This document shows positions 49,306 through 57,100 of a stretch of 64,000 nt of DNA, piece after piece. A program made the translations under genes and the position numbers. Source of the stretch: Bacteroidales bacterium (GTDB lineage Bacteria; Bacteroidota; Bacteroidia; Bacteroidales; UBA12077); NCBI GenBank assembly GCA_028282585.1, contig JANQHR010000102.1, positions 32,001-96,000 on the forward strand. The letters are read 5' to 3'. The notes beneath the pieces were generated by a model. It saw only the letters and a list, made by a program, of their open reading frames with translations. It made no database searches and had not been told where the DNA came from. Position 1 is the stretch's first letter, and the number at the start of each line of letters is the position of its first letter.

Positions 49306-50394
49306 ATGAAAAGTTTTAAATACCCTTTCATTTTCATCTTATTCGGTTTTCTTTCCAGTAACATAATTGCTCAGGATTCCGGAAACAAAGATGAAATTAT
49401 CGAAAAACTTAATTATCAGTTAGAGTATCTGCAACACAGATTAGATCGCTTAGAAAAAATATCGGATGATATTTTATGGTATAATAAAGTTGGAGATATT
49501 GCTTATGTTGATAAAGTTTATATCTACGGACCTCCAAAATGGAAAGAAAAAAGTCCGACAGCTCAAGGAGCAGGAAATCCCGTAAAATTTTGGACTTATA
49601 CTTTTATTCCAAAAGATATTGATCCATCTAAAAAATATCCATTAATTGTACTACCTCATGGAGGTGTTCATGCCGATTTCACAACTTATTATGCTCACAT
49701 TGTTCGTGAACTGATTTCGCAACAATATATTGTAGTCGCTGCTGAATATCGCGGTAGTACAGGTTATGGAAAAGGCCATTACGAAAAAATCGATTACGGA
49801 GGCTTAGAAACTGAAGATGTAAATGCTAGTAGACAATTTATGATTGATAATTATGAGATTGTTGATGGAGACAGAGTCGGTATTATTGGATGGAGTCATG
49901 GAGGTATGATTACTTTACATAATATTTTTGACCATCCCAATAAATATAAAGTAGCTTTTGCAGGAGTTCCGGTGAGTGATATTATTTCAAGAATGGGGTA
50001 TCAGACACAAAGCTATCGTAATTTATTTTCGGCTGACTACCACATTGGGCAAACTGCTTACGAAAATGTAAATGAATACCGAAGAAGGTCTCCTGCATGG
50101 AATACCCATAAATTTCAAAATACACCATTATTAATTCACACAAATACAAATGATGATGATGTTAATGTTCTTGAAGTTGAGCATTTAATAAAATCATTAA
50201 AAGCTGATGGTAAAAAGTTTGAGTACGAGATTTTTCAAAATATCCCCGGAGGACACTCATTTGATAGAATGGATACAAAACATGCCAGAGAAGTACGTGT
50301 AAAAATATATAAGTTTCTAGGACAATATTTAAATCCACCAAAACAAATTAAGACAGTAAGAGATTTGGAAAAAGCAGCTTATAAAATAAATTAA
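49306..50394 (+). CDS. Secreted S9 (prolyl oligopeptidase-like) peptidase
   Basis: PLIVLPHGG, YRGSTGYG, GWSHGG nucleophile motif and C-terminal GGH. Confidence 0.88.
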   Translation: MKSFKYPFIFILFGFLSSNIIAQDSGNKDEIIEKLNYQLEYLQHRLDRLEKISDDILWYNKVGDIAYVDKVYIYGPPKWKEKSPTAQGAGNPVKFWTYTFIPKDIDPSKKYPLIVLPHGGVHADFTTYYAHIVRELISQQYIVVAAEYRGSTGYGKGHYEKIDYGGLETEDVNASRQFMIDNYEIVDGDRVGIIGWSHGGMITLHNIFDHPNKYKVAFAGVPVSDIISRMGYQTQSYRNLFSADYHIGQTAYENVNEYRRRSPAWNTHKFQNTPLLIHTNTNDDDVNVLEVEHLIKSLKADGKKFEYEIFQNIPGGHSFDRMDTKHAREVRVKIYKFLGQYLNPPKQIKTVRDLEKAAYKIN

Positions 50395-50401
50395 CTAAAT
50401 C

Positions 50402-50881
50402 TTATATCTTTTTTTCAAAAGCGATAAAATACGTTAAATCCTTTTTGTGATTAAAGACTGGTTCAATATTTACTTGACAATCATACTCTATGCCTGATTT
50501 TCTGTAATTTACAAGTGTCTCTGAAACAGGGTTACTTTTTAGTATCGCCTCTCTAATTCGTATTTTAATGGTTTCGCTGGTTTTAGAGCCTTGTAAAAAG
50601 GAAGGTTTTCTGTTGATTGCCTCATCAAAAGTATATCCGGTCATATGATAAAATCCCGAACTTACCCATTGAATAATTTGTTTAGTGTCTGTGATTACAA
50701 TAGCATCGTACGAGTTAACACATTTCATGAGTTCTCCTGGAATTTCAACGTAATGTTGTTTTAAAAACTTTTCTAGATAAATCTTATCATTCATTCTTTT
50801 CATTAACCGATTATAATAATCGAAATAAATGTCCCAACTTAACAACGGTCCACTATTTTGCTCTTTTTTTTTATTTTCCAT
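50402..50881 (-). CDS. Stand-alone PAS (LOV-like, lacking the Cys) domain protein
   Basis: IVITD...F..MTGY...EAINRKPSFLQG...LVNYRKSG...IEPVF; N-terminal PLLSWD. Confidence 0.85.
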   Translation of the reverse strand: MENKKKEQNSGPLLSWDIYFDYYNRLMKRMNDKIYLEKFLKQHYVEIPGELMKCVNSYDAIVITDTKQIIQWVSSGFYHMTGYTFDEAINRKPSFLQGSKTSETIKIRIREAILKSNPVSETLVNYRKSGIEYDCQVNIEPVFNHKKDLTYFIAFEKKI

Positions 50882-50885
50882 AGTA

Positions 50886-51083
50886 TTAATTTTTTAGATT
50901 ACATATTTTTATGATTAATCCTTCGATACACTCTTTGCATAAACATTCGGAATAGTTATTTGAAATATGTTTAATTACATCGACGGGGATTTTGATTTTT
51001 GAACACCAACATTCCATCGAGTTATAACAGGTAAATACCTGACCACATCTTGGACAAATTGCAATTTCTTCTAAAGTTTTCAT
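50886..51083 (-). CDS. Cysteine-rich CWC family protein
   Basis: CPRCGQVFTC....CWC...CLCKEC. Confidence 0.88.
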   Translation of the reverse strand: MKTLEEIAICPRCGQVFTCYNSMECWCSKIKIPVDVIKHISNNYSECLCKECIEGLIIKICNLKN

Positions 51084-51093
51084 GAGTTGAAGT

Positions 51094-52752
51094 TTAAGCT
51101 AATACCAAAACTAATACTTGTGCCAGAAGTATTCTCAAAAACATGGTTAAAGGATAAACCGTGGCATATGCGCTTGCTTGTGCGTGCACAGGTGCAATTG
51201 AATTTGCAAATTCCAATGCCGGTGGATCTGTCATTGAACCTGATAATAAACCGCACAGAGTTAAATAATTCAGTTTTAATAAACGTCCAATAATACCGAC
51301 TACTATTAAGGGGATAAATGTAATTGCTGCACCATAGAGCATCCAAATATATCCACCATTTACAACGGTTTCCCAAAAATGTTTCCCTGATCCTAATCCC
51401 ACACAAGCCAAAAACAAGACAATTCCTAATTCACGAATAAATCGATTTGCACTTGGTGTCATGTAAAAATCAAAGTTTCCTACACGGCCTTTATGTCCGA
51501 GGATTAATGCAACAATTAAAGGACCGCCTGCTAAACCTAACTTTGCAGGAGCAGGTAAACCCGGGATAAAAAATGATATGCTTCCTATCAGAATTCCAAG
51601 GAAAATTCCAATAAACAAAGGAATTAAGTTAGGATGTGATAGGTCATGTAAAGAATTACCTAAAAATCCTGCTATTTCGTTCATGCGGTTTCTGGCTCCA
51701 ACTACCCGAAGTGTATCACCAAATTCAATAGTTGTATTGCCAGCAGGAATGATCTCCGTTTCGCCCCTGAAAATGCGTGTAATATTTGCAGGAAATAATC
51801 CGGACAGGTTAATATCCTTTATTTGTCGGCCGGTTATTTTACGATTGGTGATTAAAATATGCCGCATAGACATTTGATCGGTAATCTTTATTTTCTTTGC
51901 AGGAGATACTTTTCCAACTTTCAGTTCAAGATGAGGAACACAAACATCAGAACATAATCCAAATAGAATATCACCTTCCTGAAGATGTATTTTATCATCG
52001 GGAATAAGATATTCTCCGTCACGCATCAAACGTGAAAAAACAAATTCTTTATCAAGCGTAGTTTTTAAGAATCTAAGGTTTTTCCCAAACAAATTTGGAT
52101 TAGAAACCAATACCTCGACTGTTTTCGATTGATGAGAACCTGCATCAATTTGCTCTTGATAGTTTTCTATCTCTTTGTTCAGTTTGATTTTAAATACGCC
52201 CCGAACTATAAACATAACCAAAATTATTCCCATAATACCAAATGGATAAGCAACGGCATAAGCCATTCCTGAGACTTCCGCTAAAGCATTCCCGTTTGTG
52301 AACTGATCAGATATTAACGATTGTATTGCACCTAAACTGGGTGTATTGGTCACTGCTCCACTGAATAAACCAGCAATAATGTGAGTTTCCATGTTAAATA
52401 GTTTATGAATAGTAAAAGCAGTAAAAAAACCAAATACCACGATCAATGTCGCCAGCAGGTTTAATTTCATTCCATTATTGCGGAATGAAGAAACAAAACG
52501 TGGGCCAATCTCAATGCTAATGGAATAGACAAAAAGAATCAGACCAAATTCCTTTGTAAAATGCAACACCTGATGATTTATTGTTGCTCCTAAATGCCCG
52601 ATGAGCAATCCACTAAATAACACTCCGGCTATACCTAATTTGATGTTTCCAAACTTGATTTTACCAAATAAGATTCCCAGAATTCCTGTGAGGGCCAAAA
52701 ACACCAAGGATGATGCCGTGTTGCTGTTCGAAAATAATTTTAAGATCTCCAT
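51094..52752 (-). CDS. YidE/YbjL (AspT-family) duplicated transporter with two TrkA-C domains
   Basis: LGIAGVLF, EFGLILFVYSI...GP.F, GAVTNTPSLGA, YAVAYPFG, GSMTDPPAL and YATVYPLTMFLR. Confidence 0.92.
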   Translation of the reverse strand: MEILKLFSNSNTASSLVFLALTGILGILFGKIKFGNIKLGIAGVLFSGLLIGHLGATINHQVLHFTKEFGLILFVYSISIEIGPRFVSSFRNNGMKLNLLATLIVVFGFFTAFTIHKLFNMETHIIAGLFSGAVTNTPSLGAIQSLISDQFTNGNALAEVSGMAYAVAYPFGIMGIILVMFIVRGVFKIKLNKEIENYQEQIDAGSHQSKTVEVLVSNPNLFGKNLRFLKTTLDKEFVFSRLMRDGEYLIPDDKIHLQEGDILFGLCSDVCVPHLELKVGKVSPAKKIKITDQMSMRHILITNRKITGRQIKDINLSGLFPANITRIFRGETEIIPAGNTTIEFGDTLRVVGARNRMNEIAGFLGNSLHDLSHPNLIPLFIGIFLGILIGSISFFIPGLPAPAKLGLAGGPLIVALILGHKGRVGNFDFYMTPSANRFIRELGIVLFLACVGLGSGKHFWETVVNGGYIWMLYGAAITFIPLIVVGIIGRLLKLNYLTLCGLLSGSMTDPPALEFANSIAPVHAQASAYATVYPLTMFLRILLAQVLVLVLA

Positions 52753-52870
52753 TTTCTAAATAGATTTAAGTTAACAACAAATTGTGCCCGCGGGAAATAA
52801 AGAAAATGGATCTGTAAAAAAAGATCGATACGTGCTTTATACCGCGAAAGCAGATATCATTCAAGAAACA

Positions 52871-53140
52871 ATTAAGACAGGTCTCCTGGCTTTCCCGACT
52901 TTCAGCGCCTTCTCTCACCCATCGAAGCTTTAGCGAAGGCGGGTCACTCCGCACTTCAAACTAAACTATTCTTTGAGTAAAATGGCAAAATTGCTGAAAG
53001 CACGAATCTGAGTGTATCAGAATCAGGATTACAGTTGCGCGTCAGCCCACGATTTCATACCTCCGTTTTCCTGAGAACTATCAGGACGGCAGGCAAGGCA
53101 CGTGATTCCCTTTTAAACTCTTTTTAAAGAGTATCTTAAT
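52871..53140 (-). ncRNA. Cobalamin riboswitch (with two palindromic insertions) upstream of the YidE/YbjL gene
   Basis: On the minus strand: P1 attaaga/tcttaat, AAAAGGGAAtcacg, gctgacgcgcaACTGTAA, GCCAtt, gaGAAGGCg and B12 box AAGCCAGGAGACCTGTC. Confidence 0.88.
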
Positions 53141-53167
53141 TTTACATGATCTGAATGAACTTGGATG

Positions 53168-53215
53168 CAAAGATATGCATTAATTTCTTGTTGGGAAAAA
53201 TTATAATTATATTTG
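53168..53215. promoter_or_regulatory. Back-to-back Bacteroidota promoters driving the two riboswitches
   Basis: TATCTTTG on the minus strand (53168-53175) and TATATTTG on the plus strand (53208-53215), both matching TAnnTTTG. Confidence 0.7.
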
Positions 53216-53220
53216 CCATA

Positions 53221-53384
53221 TAATTGGTTCCTATTTTTCTTATTAGGAAAAGGATTAAAAGGGAATGTCGTTAAATTCGGCAACAGTTCCCGCTGCTGTG
53301 ATGGCTGCAAAGTTTTAACAATATGTCACTCTTTTACGGGGGGAAGGCGTTAAAACAGGCCTAAGTCAGAAGACCTGCCAATTA
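53221..53384 (+). ncRNA. Cobalamin riboswitch upstream of the btu-like operon
   Basis: P1 taattgg/ccaatta, AAAAGGGAA, ACAGttCCCGCtgCTGTga, gTCACT...GGGAAGGC and AAGTCAGAAGACCTGCC. Confidence 0.94.
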
Positions 53385-53503
53385 AACATAGATTTTGTAG
53401 CCTGCGGAGAACGGGTAGCTAATCATTCCGATGTTTTATTGGCCTTCCAAATTCATCGTATGCTGCAAGATCAAGTTATTAACTCAATTAAATTGCAGTA
53501 ACG

Positions 53504-54082
53504 ATGAAAAATTCAAAAATCACAATCCGCTTTGGAGTTTTATCGCTCCTTGTTTTGGCAGCAGCTTTAAGCCGATTATTACCACATCCCCCTAATTTTG
53601 CCCCTATTGGTGCTATGGCTTTATTTGGAGCCGCTTATTATAAGCAAAAATATCTGGCTTTTATAGTTCCAATTATTTCCATGTGGATTAGCGACTTGCT
53701 AATTAACAATATTTTATATAACCAGTATTTTGATCATTTTGTGTGGTTCTACCAAGGTTTTTATTGGACCTATGGTGCATTTATATTGATTGTTATCATT
53801 GGATTCTTTTTGCTTAAAAAAGTTAAAATTAAGAATCTGATAATTGCGAGTTTAGCTGCATCAGTTACGTTTTTCTTAGTGTCTAATTTTGGAGTGTGGG
53901 CATCAGGATCAATGTATCCTAAAACCGTAAGTGGATTATTAGCTTGTTACACCGCAGGAATACCTTTTTTAAAAAATACAATAACAGGAGACCTTATCTA
54001 TTCAATAGCCCTTTTTGGAGCTTTTGAACTAGCGAAGTATCGATTCCCTGTATTAAAATTACAAACAAGAAAAATCTATTAA
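53504..54082 (+). CDS. DUF6580 family, ECF S-component-like membrane protein (candidate corrinoid transporter)
   Basis: SRLLPHPPNFAPIGAMALFG, SD, FFLVSNFGVW, MYP and CY.AGIPF; about 6 TM helices; first gene after a B12 riboswitch. Confidence 0.8.
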   Translation: MKNSKITIRFGVLSLLVLAAALSRLLPHPPNFAPIGAMALFGAAYYKQKYLAFIVPIISMWISDLLINNILYNQYFDHFVWFYQGFYWTYGAFILIVIIGFFLLKKVKIKNLIIASLAASVTFFLVSNFGVWASGSMYPKTVSGLLACYTAGIPFLKNTITGDLIYSIALFGAFELAKYRFPVLKLQTRKIY

Positions 54083-54089
54083 TAAACAG

Positions 54090-54121
54090 AGCGGCCGTAT
54101 TCGCCAAAATCCCAGCCGCTC
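54090..54121 (+). other. Intergenic stem-loop without a U-tract
   Basis: gagcggc...gccgctc; a similar gaaggagcg...cgctcccttc hairpin lies at 59822-59846. Confidence 0.45.
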
Positions 54122-54159
54122 CTTAAGACAAACAATCATTTACTATAAACAATTGCCGT

Positions 54160-57100
54160 ATGAAACAAATTTACTCATTTTTATTAGTCTTTGCAGGGCT
54201 ATTTTTATTAGGGTTTAATTCTTACAGTCAGGAATTTACCCACAAGGAAGATTTAAACTTAGAGCGAATACGCAGTTCTTCTGACTACCGGAAAACAGTA
54301 AAATTTGCTGATTTGTTTACTTTTCCGGCAGAAGTTGATGTAAAAAGCGAAATTTCAACTAATGCTGACATTACTATCAATTTCTCATCTACCAATGAAT
54401 CTAATATACTATTTGATGGTTACTATTATTCCATCTGGGGAGGGCAATATTTTTATTGCAGAATTCCAGCAAATAGTTACGGTAAAGATACTCTAACAAT
54501 TACGATAACCTATAATGGAATTGAAGCCATTTCTAAAGTTGTGGTAGAAATTGATCCTATTGAATGCAAAGATGATGCATATGATTTGGACATAGGAGAC
54601 ACTCTGGAAGTTGCTGTTACAAGTAATGATAATCCCAAAACCTTTTTTGATTATACAAGTTTTGAAATTATTCAAAATGCAACATCAGGGACACATCAAA
54701 TTACAGGTGACGGAACAATTGAGTATATCAATTCGGAAAGTACTCCTAATTATACTAACGATACCATTATTTACCGCATTGCCGATACGGATTCTAACTA
54801 CGACACGGCAATGGTAGTAATGAGTATCCACAAAGGTTCATATGTTACGAAGGTTTTTGATTACCTGCCTGCTCCTGGTCAATTTGTTAATAAATCCTGG
54901 GCAGATCCCGTTGCCGGAGAAAAAGTAATTGGAAATACCAGCGGAGGAGCTTCTCTTGGTGGGTTTGGCGGGTATATTATAGTAGGGTTTGACCAAGCAA
55001 TCGTTAATCGTAATAATAATGCTTATGGTGTTGACTTTACAGTGAAGGGAAATGCTTTTGGCGGATGGGCCGAGCCTGCCGCTGTTCAGGTAATGAAAGA
55101 TGAAAACGGTAACGGATTGCCTGACGATACCTGGTATGAGTTGGCCGGTTCGGAGTATTATTTCAATACTTCTGTTAAAAACCTTACTATGACCTATTAT
55201 AACCCCAAATACAATACACGTGCTACCATACCGTATTCAACGAATAAAGGGATTAATGGAGCAATGCGTACCAACAGTTTCCACAACCAGCCCTATTATC
55301 CCGATCCATATGGCTTTGAAATTTCCAAAGATTCTGTTTCATTCACCGGTACTTTAACCAAGTTTTTGCTTGATAAAAGCAGGTCCGGTTTTGTAACCGC
55401 AAAACGACTCCCCCGCTTTGGTTATGCGGATAATAAACCCAATGGTAGCAATTCGACTATACCAAATAACCCTTATACAGACACAAAAGGAAATGGCTTT
55501 GATTTGGAATGGGCTGTTGATGCAGAAGGGAATTATGTTGATTTAGATACTGTACATTTTGTAAAAGTATACAGTACGGTACAAGAAGATGGCGGATGGC
55601 TTGGAGAAGTATCCCCTGAAATCTTTGAAATTGGTATTACTACACCGGATCCTTCTTATGTGCCGGAAGACTATTATATACATTCGATCGGAGCCGGTCA
55701 GTTACAAGTATTAAAAGGCACATCCTTCCAATACGAAGGAATCCTTTTCAAAAACGGAATCCCTCAAGAAGGTAATTCAACCTGGTCCACAACAGTTGAT
55801 TCAGTAGGTGCAATTGACAATACCGGGTTGTTTACGGCAAACAAACTGGGAACTACCACCCTCAGATTCCATATTGACCCTGCTGTTCAAAAGGACAGCA
55901 TCACAATTGAAGTAGTTGATTTACAAAGTGTTTATCTGGAGCTTGAAGGCAATACCAATTCGCCGGACAGCACCACAGTTACCAAAGGAAGTTCTCTTTA
56001 TATAAACGCACAGGGTGAAGATAACCGTACAAGTCCTTTCAATAATTTTGTTTATGAAAGCTATAACTGGACTTCAACCAATCCGGAAATAGGAACCATA
56101 ACCAACGGTTTATTTTACGCGAATCAAACCGGGACAACTTCAATTATCGCCACCTCTGTTCATCACCCGGATTTGGCAGACACCATGGTTGTGGAAGTAC
56201 TGCCTATACCTGCATTAGAGAATGTATCTGATACCATTGAAATTGCTTATGAACAGCGCGAAGGAAGCTTTAGCAATACCGATTTGTTTTCAATAGAAGG
56301 TGGCGCTACCATTTTTATGGAGAGTTTAGAAAATGCCAATAACTCTTTAATGCTTAGCTTAGACCAAAACGAGCTTAACTACGAACTTGCTCTCGGTGCA
56401 TTTGGTTATTTCCCGGTTACTTTTACACTGGAAGCCTATAATGAAACCCAGGAAAAGACAATTGTTTTCAAGGCTGCAGAGCCCCAAACCCAAAACAGCC
56501 TGGTATTTGTAAATGGCGGACAATTCATGGACTTGAACCATCCCACCATGTTAATACAGTACAATTCATCAACAAACAAAACCGATACGGTTGACAATTA
56601 CATTGCCGGAGCTACTTCGGTACAGGATATGCTTGTTGATGGCAACTATGCCTTTGTATCGGCTGATTATTACATAACCCGATATGATTTGGACGAAGGT
56701 TTTGCCACTGATTCAATATATACGCAGGATGTAAGTCCTACCGAAGCCGACGGCACGGGAACTGAAGGTGCAGGTGTAAATCATAAAATGGCTATTTACA
56801 ATAACCTGCTTTTGGTTACTCGTCAGTTTAGTTCTGCTGCCCCACAGGATGGGTATAACGTTCGCATATACAACAAAGGTGATTTATCCTTAGTAAAGAA
56901 AATCGCCGTTTCTGACCAGGCAACTGATGTTGTTGTGGCTGGCGAAACCGCTTATGTGATGATTAATGGGGGCTTTGCCGGAACAACCAGTTCTTTGGCT
57001 GTTATCGACCTGAAAACCTTAACCTTAAATCGTGAAATTGATTTAGGCGAAGATGGTTTAGGTGTGATGCAGATGATAGTGAAAGATTCATTGATTTACG

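Noticed and set aside
50402-50881. Canonical LOV blue-light photoreceptor
   Set aside because: The adduct-forming Cys of GRNCRFLQ is replaced (RKPSFLQ).
51080-51877. Alternative ORFs inside the yidE-like gene
   Set aside because: They are out-of-frame or antisense shadows with no family signal.
52766-53310. ORFs 52766-52954 and 53113-53310 as proteins
   Set aside because: They overlap the two riboswitches and promoters; the PPSLKLR peptide is simply the translated palindromic repeat.
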